From Octopus sinensis (taxonomy: Eukaryota): a stretch of DNA of 64,000 nucleotides. Shown piece after piece: positions 1 through 11,438 of the stretch. The stretch is from positions 116,746,001 through 116,810,000 of the forward strand of contig NC_042997.1 of NCBI RefSeq assembly GCF_006345805.1, in the 5' to 3' direction. The position numbers and the translations under genes were made by a program. Below the pieces are notes generated by a model, which did no database searches, had not been told where the DNA came from, and saw only the letters and a program-made list of their open reading frames with translations. The stretch's first letter is position 1, and every line of letters starts with the position of its first letter.

Positions 1-700
1 CTACACTGATATACTGCTCGCATGTATGCGAATGAGGGGAGGGAGCAGTTTCTCCTGCTGTTGCAATTACCTTATACATCTCTGACAGAATCGAGGTCAT
101 ACAACTGATTAGCAAGATTTTACTCCCTAACACAGTTCAACTATTGGCAAATTGATGTGTTATGGTTTTATTTCCCTATGCCCCTATTCTATCGCTATAA
201 GTGCTTGTACGTCTCTATAATCTATAACTGCACTCATCCAAATTTATGCGACCACTCACGATTACACCTTCGGTTTCTTTCATTATAACTCACTCACTTC
301 CCAGGTTTCTTCTTACTGAGCATTCTGTCCTCCTCAAGGCTGCTCCGCTCTGTAAGGCCACGTGTGTATTGCAAACGTGGACTTGAAAAATATCCAAAAT
401 GATCAACAACCACATTTATTTCGCCAACTGAGAGAACATGTAGAGTTACTGTTTGTCCTGTCTTTCTTCTCTAACAGACATGAAAACATGCTCTTGTTGC
501 TGCTGCTCTTGTTGCTGCTGCTCTTGTTGCTAGTGTTGTTGATTCTGAACCTGATTAAATAAAACTGCTACTAACGTGTCCGACTAACAATTTACTCACT
601 TGCACACAGACAAGCACTTAACTGCACGCCACGTATTAATGCAAAGAAACTTACGAATAACACCTTTGAAATACATATTTGCGTAAAAACACAGATAGAG

Positions 701-755
<55 letters not shown>

Positions 756-1133
756 ATATACAAACACGCGTACACACAGACGCACATGTGAGCTTCTTGA
801 AGACTTAGGAAAGTAACTATACAATCAGTGATATGTACACGTAGCATGTGCAATATTTTCTCTGAATACCATTAATTTCTTTAAGGTCTCAAGAGATTAC
901 TTTTGTTGTTTTCCTATTAATTTCATTTTAAAAATGTCTTTTTCGTTTAGAATTGTTCGTTTGGGTATTGTTTTCTCACTCTTCCATTTTATACATCCAT
1001 ACGTTGACTAACAGACACATTTATATGCTCTCACACACATATACACGCACATACACGCATATAATATACATTTATATGCGTAAACATATACGTATATATA
1101 TATATATATATATGAATTTATATATGGGTATGT

Positions 1134-1188
<55 letters not shown>

Positions 1189-1277
1189 TAATTTTCATCA
1201 TGCTGACCCATTAATGCCGGCACAGTTTTCTCTGTTTTTTCTTTCTTTTCATTCTCTCTCCGTTTTTTCTTCTTAAT

Positions 1278-1390
1278 TCTTTCTGTGAAAGAGCGTATGC
1301 TCGAAACGTAAAAGACTTTTCCATTCTTCGCGAGCGTTAAATTAATACACCTGTTTGTTGTTTCAACTTACATCTTTTGTCTTCTGTAAA
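1278..1390 (+). mobile_element. Dispersed repeat fragment with minimal hammerhead-like motif (Penelope-like terminal repeat, inferred)
   Basis: TCTTT-CTGTGAAA-GAGC-GTAT-GCTC-GAAACGTA-AAAGA, then about 75 bp shared with copies at 31418-31546 (-) and 62211-62340 (+). Ends at a (TA)n tract. Confidence 0.6.
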
Positions 1391-1393
1391 TAT

Positions 1394-1455
<62 letters not shown>

Positions 1456-1527
1456 TGTATGTATGTATGTATGTATGTATGTATGTATGTATGTATGTAT
1501 GTATGTATGTATGTATGTATGTATGTA
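1391..1527. repeat. (TA)n(TATG)n microsatellite
   Basis: Directly visible tandem repeat. Confidence 0.95.
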
Positions 1528-1977
1528 TTATCAATGTCACATGTTTAATGTATTTGTGTTCTTAAACGTTTCGGATTGCAGTATTTCGTCAAAGGGAACT
1601 CCTTTTAAAGACGTACAGAGTTAGAAAAAGTACCCTGCCTAGGAAAAGGAAATCTATAAGTAAAACCAACCGCGGAACTGAAATAGCAAGTTGGTGTCTG
1701 GCGCGGGATAAATTTACCTCATGGCTCGGGGGAAGTCTTAAGCCTTGGACGACAATCTCCCCTGAGATGGGGTCTCGTATGTAAAATACCAGGATGTAGG
1801 ACTGGCGATCCATTTTTGTATCAGCTACCGAAAGAATCACCATGATGTCCACTTGCAGATTTCGAGTCTCTGTTCAGTTCCAAATACTTACTTTGTTTCC
1901 CATGAAACATATGACCAGCAACCTCTAAACGCTTTAGAGCAGGGTATTTTCAAGAGGTAGATGTAGATACAAGAACA

Positions 1978-2211
1978 ATATCCCTCAAGCTAAAGCAGAA
2001 ACGGCTACAATTTGCTGACCACTGTCATCGAGCAGAGAAAGAAGTTATCTCATCCTTGCTCCTATGGCATCCCTCTGGAAGTGTTTTCTTCACGAAACTG
2101 GCGTTTCCAGATATTATATCCTGGGACTCAGGGCTGGATATTAGAGAACTGAACACAGCGATGCAGGACCGAGTAGTGTGGACAGGTTTTGTCAATGGAG
2201 TTGAAAGATGA
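1978..2211 (+). mobile_element. RTE/RTEX-like LINE, 3' end of RT ORF (remnant)
   Basis: Translates ISLKLKQKRLQFADHCHRAEKEVISSLLLWHP...DSGLDIRELNTAMQDRVVW*. This matches the RTE-group C-terminal pattern RL.FAGHC.R...LLLW.P...EL..AM.DR..W. Sequence from about 1620 may be the same element's 5' part. Confidence 0.7.
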
Positions 2212-2225
2212 GGATGGGATTCCAA

Positions 2226-2800
2226 ATGTTTGTGCCTACGATGTGGCATCAAACTCTCTTTAGATTTACAAACAATTCCATAATCCTCACAAATCACACG
2301 TTCAGACCGTTCCGGTGAGAAATTAGATTCGGATTTCCGCTTGTCCCTGTTTTCTATTAGCATACCTAATCTTGCAGATTTAGAATTTTTATTACCTTAT
2401 AACCTAATTTTCTCTATAATTCGCGATCCTGTGTCATTCTTTCAAACGATGCTACATGTATATTTGAATAATACACTTCGATTGTATTTTATCATTTTGT
2501 CTTAAAAGGAGTCCGCCCATTATTTCCTAAATCATCATAAATTTGATTGTACAGAAAAATTTTCGTAGGCGTTCCTCATTCATCTCAATTACCTGATCAA
2601 TTCATCAAAATTGAGAACGGCTAAAAAAAATTCTTCAATATCTGAAATACCGTATTTCTTGGACAGATCGTAATTATAATAAATGCTGTGCTCCCAGGTT
2701 TTCCACAGCTGCTGTGCAAAGCAACAGCCATGAAAAAGTATCTTATTGTTCTATATAGATCGTATGTGGAGTTCTGGGTCTCTAATTCATAAATTACATA
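2226..2800 (-). mobile_element. RTE (BovB-like) LINE, degraded RT C-terminal half
   Basis: Frameshifted translation gives IYELET..., FHGCC...TWEHSI, RSQF**IDQVIEMNEERL, LYNQI..GR, TQDREL*RK and LIENRDKRK...ICEDYGIVCKSKESLMPHRRHKH. These are the RTE motifs in the expected order, ending in the C2H2-like finger. Confidence 0.65.
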
Positions 2801-2945
2801 GAAACGATTGTACATTTCAGACGCGATGCTGTGATATGCTGAAAAGAGTCAGTTGCATTGAATAACTTATAATCTGGCGGAGACATTTGCATTAAATCTG
2901 CAATTCAAATAGCAAAATATTTTATATATGTGAAATCATCAACAT

Positions 2946-3110
2946 TTATCTACCTACCTACCTACCTACCTACCTACCTACCTACCTACTACCTACCTAC
3001 CTACATACTTACCTACCTACCTACTACCTACCTACCTACCTACCAACCTACCTACCTACCTACCTACCTACCTACCTACCTGCTTGCCTGCCTGCCTGCC
3101 TGCCTGCCTG
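2946..3110. repeat. (TACC)n/(TGCC)n microsatellite
   Basis: Directly visible. Confidence 0.95.
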
Positions 3111-3230
3111 TATGTCCGTGTGTCTGTCTATGTGTATGTGTCTGTAAAAACACGTTGGCTGAATAGATTGGTGTTACTTCCCTCTACGCTCTTACAATTA
3201 CACAAAAGTTGATTTACAGTATGTATAATA

Positions 3231-4514
3231 TTAGGTCATCAAGTATGAAATTTGTAGAAAAGAAAAACAAGTTTGCTAATATTCATATAAATACAAGGAA
3301 TAGTTTTATTCATCAAAGTATGCACCCATATTGTCAATACGCTTTTACGATTTCAGCGGTAGTTTGTCCAGCCCGGAACTGTAAAAGCCTGGCAATCTAG
3401 AGTCAATATAATCTTGGAAGGCCTGTTTTACAGCATCGTCAGAATTAAATTTTTTGCCTATCAAAAACTTATCCAAATTCTGGAAGAAGTGGTAGTCAGT
3501 GGGGCAACTAGAGAAGTGGTAGCCTGTGGGTCAGTGAGTATGGTGGATGATGGAGAACTTCCAACTCCAACTACAGTAGTTTCGGCAATGTCATATTTGC
3601 GATGTGTGGACTGGTGTTGTTTTGCAATAAAATTCGAGTGGATCTGTTGACTAATCTAGGCTGTTTTTTTTGTAAGTTTCTACATCATTTGGTCCATTTC
3701 ACTGCAGTATACTTCGGCCGTGATTGATGATCCAGGTTTAATGAAATCATAATGGATTACACTTGCGCCAGACCATCAAACACACTATAAGCTTCTTTTG
3801 ATAAATTTTGCTTTTTGGACTGTGTTTTGGTGGCTCGTCTTTGTCCAATAATTGTGCTGAACGTTTACGGTTGTTGTATTGGATCCATTTCTCATCACAT
3901 GTTACAGTTCGATTCAAAAATGATTCATTTTTGTGACGAGAAAGTAGCATAATGCAGACTTCCAAACGTTACTTTTTCTGATTTTCATTGAGTTTATGTG
4001 GAACCCACTTATCCAACTTTTTCACTTTACCGATTAGAACTAGGTGAAGCAATATTATTTGCTTGGTAACACCAAACAATAACAATAATTCACGGGAACT
4101 TTGAGATGGATCTGACTCGACGGTGGCTTTCAGTTCGTCATTATCCACCTTTGTTTCTGATCGACCGCGTTCTCTTTTGTGAGGTCAAAGTTACCGGAAC
4201 GAAATTTTGCAAACGAATTTGATACTGTCTGCTGTGTAATAACATTAGAATGAAATACACCATTAATATTCTGAGCTGTCTGTGAGGCTGTATTTCCAAG
4301 AAAGAACTCATATTTCAAAGCTGTACGAATTTCCGACTTATCCATCTCTAAACAAAAACAGTAAAAAACGATTTATAAATACCTTATAAAGTGCAAATGA
4401 GTTAAAATAAAGAAATAGATTTGTCAACTTTCTAACAAAAAAACAAAGGTTGTCAAAATATAATAATGTCGCAAAATGAGCGGCTGTCAAAATTTACCTT
4501 ACCTGACGACCTAA
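3231..4514 (-). mobile_element. Full-length defective mariner (Tc1/mariner) transposon, 1284 bp
   Basis: TA|TTAGGTCATCAAGTATGAAATTTG at left. The right end reverse-complements to TA|TTAGGTCGTCAGGTAAGGTAAATTTTG. TA at both ends; a transposase pseudogene lies inside. Confidence 0.92.
3306..4345 (-). pseudogene. Mariner transposase pseudogene
   Basis: MDKSEIRTALKYEF (HTH), LDKWVPH, VTCDEKW, HPPYS..., PTDYHFF and terminal GAYFDE*. Multiple stops and frameshifts. Confidence 0.9.
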
Positions 4515-4560
4515 TACAATCAGACAGACACACACGCGCGCGCATGCACACATACATACA

Positions 4561-4772
4561 TGATGGCTGCTCCCTCGTTATCGAGTATGGCCATTGCACG
4601 AAGCTTAACTGTTATTGGTGCTCTGATCGAATGTGACTTTTTAGCCCAGCTAAAGATCTACAATGTCTTGTACAGATTTGGCAGCTAAAACATTTACCTG
4701 CTGTAGTTGTAACTGGGCTTCGTGTACCTTTGCATGTCGTCCCGCCGAATTATGCTCTCTTCCACATGCCTG
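4561..4772 (-). mobile_element. RTE LINE extreme 3' end with C2H2-type finger
   Basis: FSCQICTRHCRSLAGLKSHIRSEHQ* (stop 4612-4614), then a short RTE-like 3' UTR CCATACTCGATAACGAGGGAGCAGCCATCA running into a microsatellite. Confidence 0.75.
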
Positions 4773-4781
4773 ACAGGTGAG

Positions 4782-4815
<34 letters not shown>

Positions 4816-5714
4816 GCACGCACACACACACGCACACACACATATGTATCTGAAGTGACAAAACCTTTGATTAAATGATTTACAGTATTTTTTACTGACA
4901 CATCTTAGTACCTCCAACTCTAAATAACTTGAGGAGTGGAATTTGAATAGAGTGATAACACATCTCCATGGCTAACATCGATGGACAGCTGTTATCACTA
5001 TTTAACTACTACGCCTGCTGTTGAATAGGTTTGAAGTTACTCTGTGGCCCATAGCCAATCCAGTGTTAACGGAAGTTAGTTGGAAAAACCTAGTTCATCC
5101 ATCTTACTTTTGCCGTGTCATTATATCCACTGGTATCCTTGGTTACAGCCTCGGTTAGTCGGCTAAAGAAAACACTAAACCGCCACTTACAGAGGTCTGA
5201 TGTCGATGAAATTTACAGCGATATATGATAAATAGCATGGTCAGTGAGAGACGCAGGTGTTTATTTTGACTAGGGATCAGCTGCCCGAACCTAGGTACTG
5301 TATCATATGTGATGGTGTATTGATCCTTTAGGTGTAATCAGTGAAAACTTATTGTAGTTTTACTTAAATTAATTACGTAATGAACTCCGATCCCAAGTTC
5401 TCAATTTGACGTTGAAATTCTTGTTTCGTTGAACAATAAGAGGGTTTACTTAATCAATCACAGATCCTTGATGTGTGATAATCCCAGAATAGACGGTACC
5501 CGGTTAAATTAAGATAAATATTGGCCTAGGCTTTCATTGAGTGATTTCTAACAGACCCACAAATAACAACGGAAATGTTGAAGGAAAGTATTTTAATTCA
5601 CTCTTCATTCATTAATAATTGTATCCATTCTGTACAAAAACATCACGCACATAATACCTTATATACACGCACGCACGCACGCACACACACACATTATTTA
5701 GTCCGGAGGAAAGA

Positions 5715-5992
5715 GATACTATCGCTCCTGCAGGCCCTCCAAGATTGGTGAGATTTAAGCCGTTAATGTGAGGTTTAAACTGTTGCTGATCAGTACCTGC
5801 AGGAAAGACACAAGCCAGTGTTCCAAGGAAGGGGGATTAGGCATGGCGATTTGTGTAGGGAAAGTGGGTGTTGGGTGCACCAAGGGTAACGAGAGGTGGG
5901 GAGACGAGTGGATCGGAAGTGTCTCAATTGTGTCGGTACAAGAGCATTCAGATCCGAGGAGCAGGGGCCAGTATAGTAGCGATAACAAGGTA
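5715..5992 (-). mobile_element. CR1/Jockey-group LINE, RT C-terminal remnant
   Basis: CYRYYTGPCSSDLNALVPTQLRHFRSTRL ... FPAGTDQQQFKPHINGLNL matches the FYRYY.G.CS.EL..LVP..R.TR ... FP....FK..IN pattern. Confidence 0.7.
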
Positions 5993-7641
5993 TTATTTTT
6001 TAGTTTGTTCTAACCATTACGGACAAGTTTGTGTTAGTACACGGCCACCATAGTTGAATATTCTGTCTTTTGTGTCGTCTATTTGCACGTCTAATCGTCC
6101 AATGCTTTTTGTCGAAGTTTCAAGTCTAAACATAATCTCTGCTGCATGAACAGATTTGCACTGGATATTCTGTTTATACTTGCAGTTTCTTTGTAGAATG
6201 GCTTATCTGAAATGGAACACCAACAGCTAGAAAGAAATTAATGTACGTAGTTGCATTCGGAATAAATGTTATAACCTCCAACTAAATCTGTTGACCAAGT
6301 TCCTTTCACTTAATTCACTAATGCCTTAGGAAAAGCATAAAAACCAGGCCAACTGTTCCTCCATTCGGTGAAATCAAATCAAGATACGATTATCCTAAGA
6401 TAAATGTATTGTACTAATGCAAGAGGCTAATATTTATCTTGGTTGTTTTAGTTGAAATAATATATCTATATATGAACAAATGCTTGAAGATGTACAAATA
6501 TATATGTACAAATGGAAACAATGTTTTTCTATAATTTTCATATTTGACAAGCAGGATTACAGATTATGATTTATATATGAATACTAGAAAACATTTTTGT
6601 AAATGGATCTCTGTCACAATTTCTGACCATGACTTTTCATATATTCGATCAACTGAACTATCAAGTTCATTGAATTAGCTGATTATTCCACATGTATGTA
6701 TACGCTTAATGAAATTACGAGACGGAATCAGTATGACACAGTGACAAGAGACTGGAGCTTTCATTTACTGGCACAATCCACCTGACGAGCTTCCATTTTA
6801 TTCCTGTCTAACCAATTTCACTCACATGACACAAATCAACGCCAAATTATTCAAAATTACACCTGCCCAAGGTGCCATGTTAAGGAATCGAATTCTGGAT
6901 TTCGTGATTTCGAAGCAACTGTTTAAACTAATTGGCTACACTGCTTCTAAAATGTCCTTGTATTACAGAATTAAAGATTAATTTTTTAAGCATATACTTT
7001 TTGACTCTGAAAATAATTCAATGATTAATATTTTTAAGCAATACATACATACATACATACAACATACATACAAACATACATACATACATACATACATACG
7101 CACATAAATACGTACGTATGCACATATGCACATATGTATGTATGTATGTATGAATGCATGATGCGTATATTTATATATGTATACACACACTCACATACAT
7201 ACTAGTACCGAAAGGAGACTCCAAAACTCCAAAAGGCGGTGCTCCAGCATGGCCTCAGCCTGAAATCAGTAAAAGAATAAAAGAACACACACACATATCA
7301 TTTGATATTCACAGGATCTAGATTCAAGTTACTATTAGTTTCGTATTATGAAAATATAATTGTTGGCCCACTTTGTATCGCGTGACATTTTTCCAAGCAG
7401 TCTTCCTGCCTCAAATATACACCATGGCACGCTATGCAAGCTTGTCCAACAATCGTCTTTACAAGTATGAAACTAATGGTAAGTCGAATTTAAATATTGC
7501 GTATTTTAAAATATACATGTCTCTCACTGAATGGAGTAATTTCATCGGTCGTTCCATCAATAACGGAATAGCACATATGTCTGACTGTCTATATGTATGT
7601 ATGTATGTATATCTGTCTATATATATTTAAATACATACGTG

Positions 7642-7674
<33 letters not shown>

Positions 7675-7710
7675 TCATATCCGTGTACTTGTGTGAGTGT
7701 GTGCTTATGT

Positions 7711-7959
7711 GTGAAAGTGCGTGACTTAATGGTTAGGGTATTCGGCTTACGATCGTAAGGTCGTGAGTTCAAATCCCGGCGACGCGTTGTGTCCTTCAGC
7801 AAAACTCTTTATTTCACGTTGCTTCAGTCCATTCAACTGGCAGAAAACAATTTCTATCTGTAATTCAAAGGGTCGACCTTGTCATATTCCGTGTCACGCT
7901 GAATCTCTCTGAGAACTATGTTAAGGGTACACGTGTCTGTGGAGTGCTCAGACGGAGTG
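7711..7959 (+). mobile_element. tRNA-derived SINE, family D (CORE-like middle), internally deleted tail
   Basis: A-box-like GTGACTTAATGGTTAGG, B-box GAGTTCAAATCCC, CORE-like TTGTGTCCTTCAGCAAAACTCTT. The tail is shared with 39970-40140. Confidence 0.75.
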
Positions 7960-7992
7960 TACATGTGTATATATGCCGACTGTCCTTTCTTA

Positions 7993-8270
7993 TCAAAAGA
8001 GAGTCAACCTTTCGTTGAACCATGCGCGTCTATGTGCACACAGATGGCGCTTCAGTTCAGCTTCTGTTTTGCAAGAATGTTTACAGTCGTAGCACTTGAA
8101 CTGTTTTCCCCCTGAAATCACCAGCTGTGTTGTGACCTCATATATGTTACCATGCGCGGTCGGACCACCAATTGATTTGGACTTGCAAATAAATCTACAC
8201 ACATTACAAATGTCAATAATGCGATACATACATCCTATTGAAGGCTTATCAGCAATTATGGTTCTCCGTT
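7993..8270 (-). mobile_element. Probable RTE LINE C-terminal remnant with two C2H2-like fingers
   Basis: KIKRRT...ICNVCRFICKSKSIGGPTAH...FKCYDCKHSCKTEAELKRHLCAH. The second finger is exact C-x2-C-x12-H-x3-H; there is no TGEKP linker. Confidence 0.5.
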
Positions 8271-9203
8271 TTATTTTCTGAATTTCTCATCAATGGAGAA
8301 AATCCAGTTTGTAACCTAGAAACTAGATACTATCATTGAAATTTAGACGACATCAAACAGGATAGAATTATTGTATGTACGTATATATGTACGTACGTAT
8401 GCATGTATATGTAAGCATGAATACCTCCCAACTGTATCTATAGTTACATAATACATGAATAGATAAAGTTTCACACACGTAGACATATGAATACAGACGT
8501 TCTTCCATGGTCGAACCTTATATAAAAGATAGAAGTAAAAATGTCTCTTTCTGTGTTTCCGGTCCAGTAAAAAATTCCCAATGGATGTGCACAAGATAAG
8601 AAGCATAGCAGCTGTTTTGTTTTACAATTTTCACATGTTATTATGACAATCATATCTTGACTTCTGGAAATCCACATAGAAATGTTTTTAGCAAAGTTTA
8701 TTTTAGTAGTCGTTCGTTTTCTTTCCCAACACCAAAGTGTGTGAGGTATAGTGTTCAAAATGCAGCCAAAAATGCTTCCTGTGTGTTAGAACATGTCAAA
8801 AAGGCAGGTGATTACAACTGCCATACACATGCATACGAGACCGCATAAAATGCCATCCGAGAAGAAACTTTCTCGCTAACACACTGTAATCTTTCGCCCA
8901 CAGACGTTTACGTTTTTACTGAACCTGCCTACTTGCATCTATTCAAGAAAGGCATTAACCACTTCGATTTTACTGAAATTTCGGAGAGCCTGCATATGTA
9001 CAAGATCTCCTTTCAAACCAAATCATAAAAAAAAATCCAATACGTACATTTTATTTGATATTTGGAAGTGTAATAAATGGATATGGCATTTCCCTTCCTA
9101 TTTGAATAATAAAAAAAAAATGAAAACATTCAGCAGAAACGAGCCTTTATAATAATTTACTTTATGCTGATGAAAAACACTTCTGGTTTAAATTCGTCAA
9201 AAT

Positions 9204-9239
<36 letters not shown>

Positions 9240-10290
9240 ATCTCGTAATTCCCCAAAAGGTAGCATCCGAAATATATGTTGAGATTGACTACGGAAAAAA
9301 TAATTTCCAAAGCCTTGTAAATCTATTAGTGATGATGGATCGTCTATCGCTTTCGACAATGATACATTGAAAATACACTTGTTCGATCAACAAATCTATC
9401 TATTCGATAAATTAACATATAAGTGGCTGATTATGCTGCAGATATGTGTACCATTACCATAATTCTCAGGTAGAAGCAATGTGATATAATATCTGATAAG
9501 AAAAAACCTTTCAATTGCAAGATGAATCCATCTGATAGGATTCTACACTGTTTTGTCTACCAATAATTTTTTTGAAAGCTTGGGTTAACCCGAAGCTTTG
9601 ACAAAACAAATCCACTTGTCCATAATGCCAGGTAATGGGGCCGAATTCAAGACACCGTGTGCGGAAAGCAAACTTCTTAACCACTTAGCCATACTGACAC
9701 CCATGAATGAGTCTGTAAATGCTATGATTAATATTTTTCCTACTGCAAGTTGTGTTTTAAATTTAGTTTACTGTCAGTAATATCTTTTAAAATAGCAACA
9801 CTATTAAAAGAAGATTTTGATCTGGTTTTAATTCTGTAAGACTAATCCATAATAGGAGATTGGTTTTCTGAAAAAAATTATTTTATTTGATAATGCAATG
9901 AGAAAAGCAGAGCACAATCGTATTTTTACCCTCTTGAATCAGATGTGCTGTTACTTCTTAAAACTGTCATTAGTTGATACAATTTTTTTTTTAAAGAACG
10001 GTATTCAAATTACAAATCATTAATGTACAGAACGAAATGTTCTTCAGCAATTCGGTATTACAGAACTTAAATCACTGTGCTATCGACTTTGCATTGCCCA
10101 CCTTCTCAGTGTCGATAAAAGGACTTTCAGTCTAATATTGGGTTCAGTTTAATCGATCGTACACTCCCCCAGGTTTTTGATGTCATCCTAATGCTTAGAA
10201 ATCAATATTTTAGGGGAAATAATTCAAGGCTTGAACGATTAGATCATAAAATTGGAAGGTGTAATGGATCGAGATAACAGCAACGGGAGT

Positions 10291-10490
10291 GGAGGCGCAA
10301 TGGCCCAGTGGTTAGGGGCAGTGAGCTCGCGGTCGTAAGAACGCGGTTTCGATTCCTAGAGCGGGCATTGTGAGTGTTTATTGAGTAAAAACACCTAAGC
10401 TCTACGAGGTTCCGGCGGGCAGGGGAGGTGAACCCCGCTGTACTCTTTCACCACAACTTTTTCTCACTCTTTCTTCCTACTTCTTCCTCA
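10291..10490 (+). mobile_element. tRNA-derived SINE, family C (3'-truncated)
   Basis: GGAGGCGCAATGGCCCAGTGGTTAGG...GGTTTCGATTCC head. The body matches 48981-49233 and 62389-62685. Confidence 0.85.
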
Positions 10491-11175
10491 AAGCAGAGGA
10501 ACCATGGTGTAACCCACTATGGTGTGACAAACTTTCAGATCCTAGTCTAGATTGCGAATCCTCTGTACCCCAGGATGGTTCAGCTCTCCACCCTTCAAAA
10601 AGCCACCGTATATGGAATGAGGATAACAACGTAGCTTTCGCGCCCGTGCAACCGCCAGTCTATCGCGTGTAGCGGGTGGATCTTCAAGTTGTCACACGTA
10701 TTCTTAGTAGCTTGGAGCAGGCTCGAATTAGAGATTATTCTTTGTGGCTAATGGCGTGAGTCCTGATTGGAAGAAGAAGAAGGAGAAGAAGACAGCAACG
10801 GGACAAAAAGCAACTAAATTGATTTGAATTTGGTTAGTGGGTGGTAATTAGTTTAGCTGCTCTGGGACGACTCTTGTTTTCTGGCAAAAGATACAGAAAT
10901 GGAATAGAAAAAGCTTAACGGCACTCAATACATGGTGGGTTATTTATAGTGTGTGTCTTTCTCAATAAGATCGAAATATTTAACGCTTTTAAAGTAGTTT
11001 AGCATATTTCACGTATGTAGAGATAACCAATGTCCAAGGTCTAATAGTAGTAGTAGTAACATGGATGAAAACATGTAGAGAAAGTTTTTCTGCTAACTGA
11101 AATTGCATTTCCCAAATGAGATTAAATATCCATTAGTTTTAGTTTTCTTGAGAAGTGTTTGATATATATATATAC

Positions 11176-11295
11176 AGACAAATTCGACAACCGATACAAT
11201 TCTATGAACTTTATATTCAATGTAACACACACACACACACACACAACACACACACACACACCACACACACACACACACACACACCACACACACAC

Positions 11296-11332
<37 letters not shown>

Positions 11333-11336
11333 AATG

Positions 11337-11392
<56 letters not shown>

Positions 11393-11438
11393 ATTGAATA
11401 TAAAGTTCATAGAATTGTATCGGTTGTCGAATTTGTCT
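11176..11438. repeat. Palindrome: perfect ~50 bp unique inverted arms around (CA)n-(TA)n-(TG)n
   Basis: AGACAAATTCGACAACCGATACAATTCTATGAACTTTATATTCAATGTAAC from 11176; its exact reverse complement ends at 11438. Confidence 0.92.

Noticed and set aside
362-562. Poly-Leu ORF, and a possible minus-strand exon starting at 550
   Set aside because: Produced by a 15-bp unit (CTCTTGTTGCTGCTG) repeated three times; the minus frames stop quickly and have no good donor
4698-4769. Apparent 72-nt exon with AG/GTAAAT boundaries on the minus strand
   Set aside because: Continuous with the RTE C-terminal finger and 3' UTR just downstream; better explained as a LINE end
4940-5300. Minus-strand GTAAGT donor at 5191 with an open frame upstream
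   Set aside because: The surrounding translation (AKVRW...NTGLAMG...SNLFN) looks like a very old RT remnant; too degraded to list as a feature
5755-5988. Pro-rich ORF and strong TTTCCTGCAG acceptor
   Set aside because: Another frame gives CR1/Jockey-like C-terminal motifs; repeat-derived
8880-9010. Exon-like VYVFTEPAYLHLFKKGINHF after a CCCACAG acceptor
   Set aside because: Resembles the VFP..Y.L..FK..IN end of the same LINE group; no good donor
10291-10365. tRNA-like heads here and at 48981 and 62389 as tRNA genes
   Set aside because: They run straight into SINE bodies and lack a proper acceptor-stem 3' half and terminator
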